A stretch of DNA of 24,000 nt from Morganella morganii (GTDB taxonomy: Bacteria > Pseudomonadota > Gammaproteobacteria > Enterobacterales > Enterobacteriaceae), in assembly GCF_019243775.1 (NCBI RefSeq), contig NZ_CP069157.1:2467418-2491417 (forward strand). Reading direction: 5' to 3'. The notes under the pieces were generated by a model that was given only the letters and a program-made list of their open reading frames with translations, was not told the DNA's origin and ran no database searches. Positions 1 to 8,897 of this stretch are shown one piece after another; the first letter of the stretch is position 1; each line of letters opens with the position of its first letter. A program made the position numbers and the translations under genes.

Positions 1-730
1 ATGCAATATTATCGCAGGTCACCGATAAGGTACTTTCCTTCGGATTAATATTCTGTGCTCTGGCACCTGCCGTTTTAAATGCGCCGGTTGATATATTCCC
101 GAAATCCAAAATTACTGTTTGTCCGGCATTAATGGAGCATGTCTGCGGAACCGTAATATTCAGGGATAAATACACATTTTGTACCACCTGTGGAGAAGTA
201 CAATTATCCGGTTCACAAAAACCAAACTGCCCAATCAGGATATTTTTTGAATAGGTACCGCTGACAATTTTTCTGTCTATACGAAGCCGGCTCTGCCAGT
301 CACGGGGGGTTATTGATAAATCATCCCCGGTCTGATGAACACGGGCCACGCAACCGGGACCATAAACTCTCTCATTAAACGGAACATAAATCGTTCCGGT
401 ATTACCGATACAGGGACTATCACGGGATAATGCCACTGAAATATAGTCATCCACCTTTTTAAACTGCCAGTTGGTTGCATGAGAGGGCGGTGCCGGAATC
501 GGATCACCATTAAATTTCGCCCATTGCATAAGATAACCATTGTGCGTTGCTTTCATTCCTAATCCCGGTGTGGTAATCGCATTACTGTTTATCTGAGCAC
601 CGGTATCATTGTCATTTGATGCCAGATTTTGCTCTATCTTAAGATAGACATCATTACATCCGGAAGTACAGGTTACCGCATAGCTGTTTGCACAAACCAG
701 AAGTAAACCTGATAATATAATATTACGCAT
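1..730 (-). CDS. Fimbrial tip adhesin / minor fimbrial subunit (partial, 3' end beyond window)
   Basis: Manual minus-strand reading from ATG at 730: MRNIILSGLLLVCANSYAVTCTSGCNDVYLKIEQN...SLNITVPQTCSINAGQTVILDFGNISTGAFKT...LSVTCDNIA, open to the window edge. It has a signal peptide, an N-terminal domain, then a pilin-like domain (CSINAG..ILDFG.I), and lies directly downstream of the usher. Confidence 0.85.
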   Translation of the reverse strand, partial: MRNIILSGLLLVCANSYAVTCTSGCNDVYLKIEQNLASNDNDTGAQINSNAITTPGLGMKATHNGYLMQWAKFNGDPIPAPPSHATNWQFKKVDDYISVALSRDSPCIGNTGTIYVPFNERVYGPGCVARVHQTGDDLSITPRDWQSRLRIDRKIVSGTYSKNILIGQFGFCEPDNCTSPQVVQNVYLSLNITVPQTCSINAGQTVILDFGNISTGAFKTAGARAQNINPKESTLSVTCDNIA

Positions 731-758
731 AATTAAAACTCACTTTACCTGATTCGTG

Positions 759-3392
759 TTATAAACAGCGGGCACTGATATTACTGATCGGGGTATTATT
801 TCCGGCCGTTAAATGATATTCAGCCGTGCATTGTGAATCTGCACTATTTCCCCAGGCAATATTCAGTTTTCCTTTTTCCGGCAGACCTGTCATAAATGCG
901 ACACCATCGTCACCGACAATATTTGCTTTACCGGTATGCTCATCGGTAACTATTGCCCCGAACGGCACCACTTTTCCGTTTTTCTGTAACAGTGTCACCA
1001 TGGCTTTCAGACCGATACGGGATTTAAAATTCGCCTTAACAATAGCGCCCTGTACCGGAACCACATAATCCACGGCATTATCCAGTTCGGCATTATCCGG
1101 TAATGTGGTGACATCCAGTGCAACCCGGTTATTCCGGTAAGCGGTAGCATTCGGAATAACGGCATAACCGCGCCAGTCGGTGAAAACACCGGTTGCATTT
1201 TCAACAGAGGTATCTTTAACACCCGGTGCTTCAACCAATATATTGGTCTGGCCGAGCGGCTGACTTAATGTAATACCATTCTGATGTGCCAGAACACCGC
1301 CGCGGACCGTATAAGTCACCTGCTGCCAGTTTCTGCCGTAGTTATAACCGGCACCAGCCTCGCCGTATCCGCCCTGATAATTAACCGATGCACTGCCGGA
1401 TGCCCCTTCACCTTTATTGGCATATCCCTGCTGAACATTATAATTAAGGTTATTATCCTCAAGTAACGTTCCTGATATCCCGAGCTGCTGAGAGACTTTA
1501 TTCTTATCATCCCTTGTCAGCGTATACGTGGAATAAATGTTATTCCGGGATCCGGTAATATCCGCAGCATCCCCGCCACCGAACCAGCGACTCAGCGGCA
1601 CCGAAATATTAAGGGCAATCCGCTTATCTTTATCTGCCAGTCCGACCGATTTATTTTGTGACCAGTTCACGCCATAGGTGATATCTTCCCAGTTGCCGTT
1701 AAAACCAAGCTGAAATGACTGATCACTTTCACTGGTTCCCCAGTAAGTCTGATGACTGCCGGTAATATATACAGAGCCGTAACCATCAAACTGCTGGCTG
1801 ATATTGATCTGATACTGTCCCTTTTTGGTATAATAAAGGTTATGATAATCAATAATTTCTGCGTCTTTAAACTCAGGGCCATCCTGGGTTTTGATATTAT
1901 AGCCGCTCATCTGTTTATAACTGGTTTCGCTTAATGTGTAATACCCTTTGGTGGAATAACGGTATCCCATCAACTGAAAGTTTGTTCCCAGTTCGTTCAG
2001 TGATTTGGCATATAAAAACCGGACAGATTGCCCCTGTTTATGCTCACCATTGGGTAAGCGACTGTTGGCCTGTGTAATATCCGCTGAGATCGCCCCCCAT
2101 ACACCGAGGTTTTTCCCGGCACCGGCAGAAAATGCCCAGTAGTTATCCGATAACTGTGTTCCGCCATATACCGTCACACCTTCTGAAAAACCGTGGCTGA
2201 TAGTTCCCTGCCAGAAATCCGGGCTATTTTGCATGGATGAACCGGAACGGTATTCCCCTGCGGTTACTTCATATTTTGTCCGGCCTTCACGCTGTAACAT
2301 CGGTACCGCAGAATACGGAACCGTAAACTGTGTGATCGTGCCGTTATTTTCTTTAACCGTGACATCCAAATTACCGCTGCTGGACGTTGCATACAGATCT
2401 TTAATTTCAAATGCGCCGGGGGAAACATAAGACTGATAAATAACATAGCCGTTCTGACGGATAGTGACCTGAGCATTGCTGTTGGCAACGCCTCTGACAG
2501 TCGGCGCAAAGCCGCGCATGCTGTCCGGCAGCATATTATCGTCAGAGGCCAGTTTTACCCCTCTGAATCCCACACTGTCGAAAATGTCATTTTCCGTAAA
2601 ACTGTCACCAATGGTCAGCTGACTTTTCAGCGGAATAATCGCTTTCTGCACATAGGTGCGGATATTATTCCACTGGCTGTTATCTGTACGCCGGTCAGAT
2701 GTGTAATTCCAGGTACTGGTATTTCTCAGCTGCCACGCACCGAGATTAATACCGCTGTCCAGGTTTAAAAAATAGTTATTATATCGTTCATCATTTTTGG
2801 TGTTTTTACTGTGGCTGCCGGTAAAACTATAGTTCAGCAACAGGGCTTTGATTCCCTCCTGCCATTCTGATGGCGGGATATACCCTCTGATATTATTGAT
2901 GAAAGCAGCCTGCGGAATATCCACACGCAGCTTTTGTTCTTCAAAATCAAAACGGGTCTGTGATTTATCGTAAGTTGAGCTAAAATCCACACAACTGTCA
3001 TTCAGTAATACCGCGTTACTGGTATCAATATTGTATTTTTTAAACCAATCCGTGGTTAAGCAGGGTATTAATCCGCTATCATCTTTGCCCTCTTTTATTT
3101 CTCCGTCTTTTTCATTACTGACAAATAAAATATCCTGTGTTGCCACATACTCCCCGTTGAGAAAAACTTCAACACGGTATTCACCCGCAGCCTGCCCCAG
3201 CCCCTTATCAAACCGGCTCAAATCGGCAACTTCATTACCATTATCTGACAAAAATGCAGGGTTAAAGAATTCATCTGCATAGCCGTTCTTAATAATGACC
3301 ATATTGCCGGTTATCATTGCACATGAAAGCATTAACATTATCTTGTTAAATTTAAAGCATGGCAATCCTTTCAGCAGAGTTAATTTCTGCAT
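759..3392 (-). CDS. Fimbrial outer-membrane usher protein (PapC/FimD family)
   Basis: 877 aa with FFNPAFLSDNG, LNLGAWQLRN, GDSFT...FDSVGFRG, APTVRGVANSNAQVTIRQNGYVIYQ, PGAFEIKDLY, and a C-terminal VTLLQKNGKVVPFGAIV domain; typical of ushers. Confidence 0.97.
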   Translation of the reverse strand: MQKLTLLKGLPCFKFNKIMLMLSCAMITGNMVIIKNGYADEFFNPAFLSDNGNEVADLSRFDKGLGQAAGEYRVEVFLNGEYVATQDILFVSNEKDGEIKEGKDDSGLIPCLTTDWFKKYNIDTSNAVLLNDSCVDFSSTYDKSQTRFDFEEQKLRVDIPQAAFINNIRGYIPPSEWQEGIKALLLNYSFTGSHSKNTKNDERYNNYFLNLDSGINLGAWQLRNTSTWNYTSDRRTDNSQWNNIRTYVQKAIIPLKSQLTIGDSFTENDIFDSVGFRGVKLASDDNMLPDSMRGFAPTVRGVANSNAQVTIRQNGYVIYQSYVSPGAFEIKDLYATSSSGNLDVTVKENNGTITQFTVPYSAVPMLQREGRTKYEVTAGEYRSGSSMQNSPDFWQGTISHGFSEGVTVYGGTQLSDNYWAFSAGAGKNLGVWGAISADITQANSRLPNGEHKQGQSVRFLYAKSLNELGTNFQLMGYRYSTKGYYTLSETSYKQMSGYNIKTQDGPEFKDAEIIDYHNLYYTKKGQYQINISQQFDGYGSVYITGSHQTYWGTSESDQSFQLGFNGNWEDITYGVNWSQNKSVGLADKDKRIALNISVPLSRWFGGGDAADITGSRNNIYSTYTLTRDDKNKVSQQLGISGTLLEDNNLNYNVQQGYANKGEGASGSASVNYQGGYGEAGAGYNYGRNWQQVTYTVRGGVLAHQNGITLSQPLGQTNILVEAPGVKDTSVENATGVFTDWRGYAVIPNATAYRNNRVALDVTTLPDNAELDNAVDYVVPVQGAIVKANFKSRIGLKAMVTLLQKNGKVVPFGAIVTDEHTGKANIVGDDGVAFMTGLPEKGKLNIAWGNSADSQCTAEYHLTAGNNTPISNISARCL

Positions 3393-3426
3393 AAAATGCG
3401 CTCCGTATAAAATAAGATAACAGTAG

Positions 3427-4128
3427 TTAATATGAATTAACGTTAATTACTGGTGTATTGGCACCATAGTCATTGATTGTCTGATATGATATTCCGCCGG
3501 CAGCAGGTTGTGCTGTATTAATTATTTTTTCAGCGAATGGCGCGACCATAAAACTCTCAATTTTCTGATTGCCAATCATCATATTAACAACGGTCAGGTA
3601 ATACGGTGACGGGTTAGTCACATTTATTCCGCCGCTGATTCTGTTGAACTTCAGCATTTTATAAGCGTCACCCGCTTTTACCGGTAAGCCTGCCGGGCGG
3701 ACAAACATTTTGATCCTGGCCAGAACGGCAATTTGCAGGACGTTTTTATCCGCAACCTGTTCACGATCAACGGACGGTATCGCTTTACTGTTCAGCCAGA
3801 ATAAACTCTCTCTGTCTTTGGGTAAATCAGCACCTGTATTAATGATTTTTATCGTATTCTCACTCTTTGGTTTACTGACAAACAAAGGGGAGTCACAGTG
3901 AATACTTTCGTTTTTTTTATCTGAAGCATCATCTATCCAGGACTGAATCAGAAAGCGATTTTTTTCATCTGTATTCGTTACCGACAGAGACACCTGTTTT
4001 GCCTCCATCGGATAAATAATACGGGTTGCACCCAGTGCAATTCCGCCTGCTGATGCCACTGCCGGAAAAAGGAATACGATGATAAAAGAAAATAGTATTT
4101 TTCTCATATAAAATGCTGACCTGTACAT
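3427..4128 (-). CDS. Periplasmic fimbrial chaperone (PapD/FimC family)
   Basis: 233 aa with signal peptide, GGIALGATRIIYPMEAKQVSLSVTNTDEKNRFLIQSWIDD and NVLQIAVLARIKMFVRPAGL; typical PapD-like motifs, between usher and subunit genes. Confidence 0.95.
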   Translation of the reverse strand: MYRSAFYMRKILFSFIIVFLFPAVASAGGIALGATRIIYPMEAKQVSLSVTNTDEKNRFLIQSWIDDASDKKNESIHCDSPLFVSKPKSENTIKIINTGADLPKDRESLFWLNSKAIPSVDREQVADKNVLQIAVLARIKMFVRPAGLPVKAGDAYKMLKFNRISGGINVTNPSPYYLTVVNMMIGNQKIESFMVAPFAEKIINTAQPAAGGISYQTINDYGANTPVINVNSY

Positions 4129-4159
4129 TATTTAAATCCCCGCAGAGAGTATTTAATTA

Positions 4160-4702
4160 TTATTTATATGTTAAATGAAACCATACTGATGCATTGGCTT
4201 TTCCGCCGGTTACCTGCATATCCGTTGCTCTGTATCTGGCATTAAAATGTAATACATTTTCACCTTCGTGAAAGTTGATCCATTTTGAGGGTATATTGTC
4301 AGGAATAATAATATCACCATCACTATCCAGAATAGCTATTCCCACACCCTTTGCGGCTTCATCACTGTCTTCAAGTTTAATTATTTGCGGATCTTTTTCA
4401 TTAATATAACCAAAGACAGAAAGCCCCACTTTACTGCTTACCGCAGTACTGCAATTGGTTATCTCCAGCTTAAACGGAATATTACCTGAATAACTGCCGG
4501 TTCCCTTAAACTGATTTGTTCTGAATTCCCCCATATCAATAACATCATTTTCGCTGTTTGTTGAAAGGGTACACCCGGCTTCCACCAGCCCACCTCTTAA
4601 ATGCACCATACCCCCGTCAATAATGGTATGCGTTTTATTTCCGGCATAAGCACCGGCAGAAATACCGCACAATAAAAATACCGTGCTGATTAATTTATGC
4701 AT
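4160..4702 (-). CDS. Type 1-like fimbrial subunit (minor pilin)
   Basis: 180 aa with signal peptide, GGMVHLRGGLVEAGCTLST..., CS..VSSKVGLSVFG, and a C-terminal ASVWFHLTYK beta-strand; FimA/FimI-like. Confidence 0.88.
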   Translation of the reverse strand: MHKLISTVFLLCGISAGAYAGNKTHTIIDGGMVHLRGGLVEAGCTLSTNSENDVIDMGEFRTNQFKGTGSYSGNIPFKLEITNCSTAVSSKVGLSVFGYINEKDPQIIKLEDSDEAAKGVGIAILDSDGDIIIPDNIPSKWINFHEGENVLHFNARYRATDMQVTGGKANASVWFHLTYK

Positions 4703-4784
4703 TTTTTACTCCAATCGGCAAACAGTGACCCGGTCACCCGGGCCACTGATAACGCGCTAACGGGTTCAGCAATAAAAGGCGACT

Positions 4785-5342
4785 TTATTGATACTGCATT
4801 GTAAAAGTGGCATCCGCGTCCGCGCCGCCCGGTGTTACCGTGGCTTGAGTTGAAATATAATTTGCGGAAAAATTCAGAACGTTGACGCCATCCACTAAGT
4901 TTTGTGCGGTTGAAAAAACAGAACCATCCGGTTTCACCACTTTCCCCAGGTGATCAGCAATCTGAATACCGACACCTTTCGCCGCACCGGCTGAACCGCC
5001 GCCGATATTACTGGTCTGCAATGCAGTCGGGTCATCTGCGGAAGATAATCCGGAGAATGAAACAGATGCTTTGGTGGATACGCTGGTATCACAGTCTTCT
5101 AATTTAATAGAAAACGGCACATCACCGGATTTTTTCCCTTTGGCATCAAAGAATGCAGTGCGGTACTGCCCCATATTGACCGTCTGATCAGTAGAGTCAG
5201 CACTGACAGCACACGCAGCATTCACAATTCGTCCGGTAAAGTGAACAGTACCACCGGTAACGGTTGCTGCCATGCTTAACTGACTTGCGGATAATACAGC
5301 GAGAGCAACCACAGACATAACTAAACGTTGTTTATTCAACAT
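4785..5342 (-). CDS. Fimbrial major subunit (FimA-like pilin)
   Basis: 185 aa with signal peptide and ATVTGGTVHFTGRIVNAACAVSADSTDQTVNMGQYRT...GADADATFTMQYQ; canonical pilin with Cys pair and donor-strand C-terminus. Confidence 0.93.
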   Translation of the reverse strand: MLNKQRLVMSVVALAVLSASQLSMAATVTGGTVHFTGRIVNAACAVSADSTDQTVNMGQYRTAFFDAKGKKSGDVPFSIKLEDCDTSVSTKASVSFSGLSSADDPTALQTSNIGGGSAGAAKGVGIQIADHLGKVVKPDGSVFSTAQNLVDGVNVLNFSANYISTQATVTPGGADADATFTMQYQ

Positions 5343-5453
5343 ACGCTTTAATCCTCATTGTTAATTTTATTTGATGTTAAAATATTATTATTTGCGACAG
5401 ACAGGTGAGTTTTTCCTGTAAAAAACCCATTTACTCCATGTTTTTTAATATTA

Positions 5454-5771
5454 TCAGCTTCCCTCCTTTATTCTTAATTTCTGATATTGACTCATATTTA
5501 AATCAGAATAGAACAGTCCCAGTTCTTTAAAGATTCTGACAACCTCTTCAGATGTCATTCCTAATGAGGAAAAAAAACGGAAAAGGATAACGATATTGAA
5601 ATTAGTTAATCCGTTCTCATAGCGTGATATTTGCTGCTGACTGATATTCAGCATTCCTGATAATTCCTGACCACTTATGCCCAGTTCTTTTCTTCTCAGA
5701 CGTAACAAGGCTCCCAAATACTTATTGGCGTCATATTCGACAAAAAATCGCACAGTGTCTAGTGATTGCAT
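5454..5771 (-). CDS. XRE-type helix-turn-helix regulator, MrpJ-like fimbrial/motility regulator
   Basis: 105 aa with LGALLRLRRKELGISGQELSGMLNISQQQISRYENGLTNFN; XRE HTH. It is cotranscriptionally oriented 111 bp upstream of the pilin gene. Confidence 0.8.
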   Translation of the reverse strand: MQSLDTVRFFVEYDANKYLGALLRLRRKELGISGQELSGMLNISQQQISRYENGLTNFNIVILFRFFSSLGMTSEEVVRIFKELGLFYSDLNMSQYQKLRIKEGS

Positions 5772-5924
5772 AAATATACCTTATGCTTTTACAGAATATA
5801 AATTTTATAAATACTAATTGTAGTAAATGCTGTGATGCTCTTAATTTATTTACTTGCGACTAATAATACTGAGATTCAAACACGTTAATCCAATCGTTAT
5901 TTACGCCTTTAATGTTCACCAATG

Positions 5925-5939
5925 ATAGGTTTTACCTAT
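5925..5939. repeat. Short palindrome ATAGGT-TTT-ACCTAT
   Basis: Perfect 6-3-6 inverted repeat upstream of the HTH regulator gene. Confidence 0.5.
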
Positions 5940-6351
5940 TGATTTGTATTAATCCAATTACTGATAATTATACAAAATCAATAAAAATAAAGTTATTACT
6001 TATATATCATATAGTTAAAAAATAAGAGCTGTCATCAAAGTGAAACATTTTGTTACATATGTTAATTCCGTAAAATTTACCTATGTCAGATTTTACATCT
6101 TAAAAACAAGCGATTAATAACGAATTACTTCAATTTAGTCCTCACATGATTGAAATTAGATAAATAAAACTACATCTGAATGAATACTCAACACAAAATA
6201 TTATTTACACTGGTTTATAAATTCCGTTTATTCATAATATGTGATTACACACTTAATTGTTGTTATTTTATTCAGACAGGTTTAAATATTGAGTAGATAT
6301 ATCTGTTTTCTGTAAATAAAAAAACCAGTTTAATTAAGAATAAGTTTTATT

Positions 6352-6366
6352 AAGAAATAATTTCTT
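6352..6366. repeat. Perfect 7-1-7 palindrome AAGAAAT-A-ATTTCTT
   Basis: Read directly in the AT-rich intergenic region. Confidence 0.4.
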
Positions 6367-6429
6367 CTGTTTTAATGTTCTTAATTGCGTTAAGTTAATT
6401 AAATAATACCTCTTATATTATTTCGAACC

Positions 6430-6444
6430 GCATAATAATTATGC
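6430..6444. repeat. Perfect 7-1-7 palindrome GCATAAT-A-ATTATGC
   Basis: Read directly in the AT-rich intergenic region between divergent transcription units. Confidence 0.45.
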
Positions 6445-6623
6445 TATATAAAAGATATCTGCCCGCATATCCTTCATCGCTTTCATTCCGACAGTACCGC
6501 AATTAATAAGCAAACCATTAAATAACCATAATATAACAATGGTTAATTATCATGTATTGTATACCTTCCCGGCAGCTCTTCTGCCGGCGGGTAAATCGTG
6601 CGGTTTCCTCTGAAGTTGCATCT

Positions 6624-6669
6624 AAAATACTTTTTATATTTTGAAAAGTATTTTAATATTGAGTATTAA
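6624..6669 (+). promoter_or_regulatory. Putative promoter and operator of the DUF1971 cupin gene
   Basis: Perfect inverted repeat AAAATACTTTT (6624-6634) / AAAAGTATTTT (6644-6654) with a 9-nt centre. It overlaps the candidate -35 TTGAAA (6641-6646), followed by a 17-nt spacer and -10 TATTAA (6664-6669). Confidence 0.5.
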
Positions 6670-6697
6670 TCATGTGTTTAACTTCAGGAGAACACAG

Positions 6698-7030
6698 ATG
6701 GAACGCATCATCATTCCGACTAGCTACATTCATGTCCGCAGCACCCCGCTCTGGACCAAAGAAACCGCACCGAAATCTATCTGGCAAAGACATCTGGATA
6801 AAGGCACCCGTCAGGGCGTTTATCCTAAACTGTCTGTTATGCAGGGCACGATTGTTTACTATTCCTATGCGGATGAAACCAGCCCCGAACCAACAGACAC
6901 CCTGGTAATCCAAGCCGGGCAGTTCGGTGTCTTTCCGCCGGAAACCTGGCACCGGATAGAAGCGGTTACTGACGATACTGTGTTCAATGTCGATTTTTAT
7001 GTCGCCCCAGAGATCCTGACCGAGGAGTAA
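6698..7030 (+). CDS. DUF1971 (YeaR/TehB N-terminal-like) small cupin protein
   Basis: MERIIIPTSYIHVRSTPLWTKETAPKSIWQRHLDKGTRQGVYPKLSVMQGTIVYYSYADE...GQFGVFPPETWHRIEAVTDDTVFNVDFYV. It matches my recollection of the YeaR/DUF1971 pattern; RBS AGGAG lies upstream of ATG 6698. Confidence 0.85.
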   Translation: MERIIIPTSYIHVRSTPLWTKETAPKSIWQRHLDKGTRQGVYPKLSVMQGTIVYYSYADETSPEPTDTLVIQAGQFGVFPPETWHRIEAVTDDTVFNVDFYVAPEILTEE

Positions 7031-7037
7031 CACAATC

Positions 7038-7379
7038 ATGAACGACGAAAACAAAGGCTTTTTATTAGAGCTGATAAATGAAAGTAACGGCCTGAAAGCG
7101 GAGAAACTCTTTCTGAATCCGAAAAAGTTATATATCCCTGAGATTGCAGCGGAGGAAATCGCGTTGCTGGTCAGTGAATTAGACAGCAAAGAAAAGATTA
7201 ATGATGCGGCACTGATGGTCACCATGACCAATAAAAATAATGGTGTGTCAGTGGATAAAGACGTGGATTCTGCTGCTGAATTAGCCGATGCTGAAAACGC
7301 GGCGCAAATCGTCAAGGATCTGATTAATATTATCCGCGGCTACGATATGGATGAAGAAACCAATATCTGCGGATGGTAA
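7038..7379 (+). CDS. Hypothetical protein, small acidic
   Basis: 113 aa ORF starting 7 bp after the cupin stop on the same strand; no family recognised. Confidence 0.6.
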   Translation: MNDENKGFLLELINESNGLKAEKLFLNPKKLYIPEIAAEEIALLVSELDSKEKINDAALMVTMTNKNNGVSVDKDVDSAAELADAENAAQIVKDLINIIRGYDMDEETNICGW

Positions 7380-7397
7380 CTGCTCTGTCTGTACCGT

Positions 7398-7420
7398 GAG
7401 GGGAAAACCGGTTTCCCCTC
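7398..7420. terminator. Possible bidirectional hairpin between convergent genes (no clear T-tract)
   Basis: GAGGGGAAA-ACCGG-TTTCCCCTC, a 9-bp perfect stem between stops of ORFs 7038-7379(+) and 7433-7717(-). Confidence 0.4.
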
Positions 7421-7432
7421 CGGCATTGTGCA

Positions 7433-7717
7433 TTATCCGGCGTGACGGATATCGTCATACTCACGGGTTTTATCAAACACGCTTTTGGCAAACGGACAAA
7501 GCGGAATAATTTTCCGCTGTTCACGACGCATTTTCTCAACCACTGCCGCAACCAGCTTATTACCGACTTTCTGCCCGCGCAGGCTGTCATCCACCATAGT
7601 ATGGTCAATAATCGCCAGATTATCCCCGGTATACACAAAGGTGATTTCCGCTATCCGGCTTTTGCCGTCCTCAGAAAGAATATAAAAACTGGTTTCATCT
7701 TCACGAATATCCATCAC
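7433..7717 (-). CDS. Small GNAT-like N-acetyltransferase (YjdJ/Yhcs-like)
   Basis: 94 aa containing [62 protein letters not shown]; the short GNAT pattern with R-G-Q-x-V-G. Confidence 0.85.
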   Translation of the reverse strand: MMDIREDETSFYILSEDGKSRIAEITFVYTGDNLAIIDHTMVDDSLRGQKVGNKLVAAVVEKMRREQRKIIPLCPFAKSVFDKTREYDDIRHAG

Positions 7718-7731
7718 TTATCTCCTGCGGC

Positions 7732-8664
7732 TTAAAATAATACTATATGCAAAACCGTGCGGATGAGAATACCGATCAGTGCTGCCGGGATCACATAACG
7801 GAATAAGCGGACAAACCGCGAACTGATGCCGAGAAAAATTCCGATCCCCGGTAAATCAAATGTCTGGATGAGTAAACCGGCAGATGCATTAATCTGATTG
7901 GCGGTTACCGCGCCCTGCTGTACCAGGTCAGATATCACCCCGAAATAGGCGGTCCCCCCCGCCACACATTTCACCAGGGCGGGCAGCACAAAACTGTCCG
8001 GAATATGCATAAAATTCAGTACCGGCATCAGAATATGGTGCAGCCATTCAATTACCCCGGCGGCCTGCATTAATCCGACAATGGATAATGACAGGATAAG
8101 CATCGGGATAGCTCCGAGTGCCAGGCGGATAGCATCCGCCCCCGCGCTGTTGATAACCGACAAAATTCCCTGATTATTCTGCTCCGCATCCGGCAGCGGC
8201 TCTGAGCTTGCGGTCTCTGTTGCGGATAACCGGCGACCGGTGACATACCAGGTAAAAGCCGCCGCACACAATCCCCCTGCAACCGAGATAATAATGGAGG
8301 TTGTCCAGTGCAGCCCGAACGGCATCAGCGGATAAAACACATTCCCCTGCCCCATAGCAAAACACATCGCCAGGGTGGCGGCCATATGGCGATCAGAGAC
8401 ACCCCGCTTATCCATAATCGCGAGTGTTGCCAGTGGTGCGGCAAAACTGACAAAGTTTATCTGGATCAGCGCGAATGCACTCATCCCGGTTAAGCCGAAA
8501 GGTTTGAGTAAAGGTGCCAGCCAGCGGACTATCACATCCAGCACGCCTCTGACAGACAGGTATTTCATTATGATCAGCATCACGACCATAATCGGTAATA
8601 AGGTATAAAGTGCGACATCAACGGAGGATTTACCCGCTGAAATGATAATACTGATGACATCCAT
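7732..8664 (-). CDS. Nucleoside recognition (Gate domain) inner-membrane protein
   Basis: 310 aa polytopic membrane protein with FVSFAAPLATLAIMDKRGVSDRHMAATLAMCFAMGQGNVFYPLMPFGLHW and a second similar repeat (VKCVAGGTAYFGVISDLVQQGAV). Confidence 0.7.
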   Translation of the reverse strand: MDVISIIISAGKSSVDVALYTLLPIMVVMLIIMKYLSVRGVLDVIVRWLAPLLKPFGLTGMSAFALIQINFVSFAAPLATLAIMDKRGVSDRHMAATLAMCFAMGQGNVFYPLMPFGLHWTTSIIISVAGGLCAAAFTWYVTGRRLSATETASSEPLPDAEQNNQGILSVINSAGADAIRLALGAIPMLILSLSIVGLMQAAGVIEWLHHILMPVLNFMHIPDSFVLPALVKCVAGGTAYFGVISDLVQQGAVTANQINASAGLLIQTFDLPGIGIFLGISSRFVRLFRYVIPAALIGILIRTVLHIVLF

Positions 8665-8897
8665 GGAATGAATACGGAAAGTAACTGAATCGGTTTTCCG
8701 GATTATAACCCTGTGATTTCAGAAGTAATTCAATTTCTTGAAGTGGTTCAAATAAAGCAGATAAAAACAGCCAATCCTGTATTTGCAGATAATTCATTCA
8801 GCCGGATGCTATTTTGCGGGATCAATAACCAAAAAATAACCCTGCATGACAGACTGCCACCGTCTGCTGTATCTATCCGGCTGATTTACATCATAAT

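Noticed and set aside
310-540. 76-aa minus-strand ORF
   Set aside because: It is out of frame within the tip adhesin gene, which has a continuous, domain-consistent frame from 730 to the window edge.
6539-6613. 24-codon ORF (MVNYHVLYTFPAALLPAGKSCGFL) upstream of the cupin promoter
   Set aside because: No RBS and no features beyond chance. The GCAG-CTCTT-CTGC hairpin inside it lacks a T-tract, so neither leader peptide nor terminator is supported.
5772-6640. Possible invertible fimbrial promoter switch (fim/mrp-type)
   Set aside because: I could not find a pair of long matching inverted repeats bracketing a promoter, and no tyrosine recombinase (FimB/MrpI-like) is in the window. A computed inverted-repeat search over this region could overturn this.
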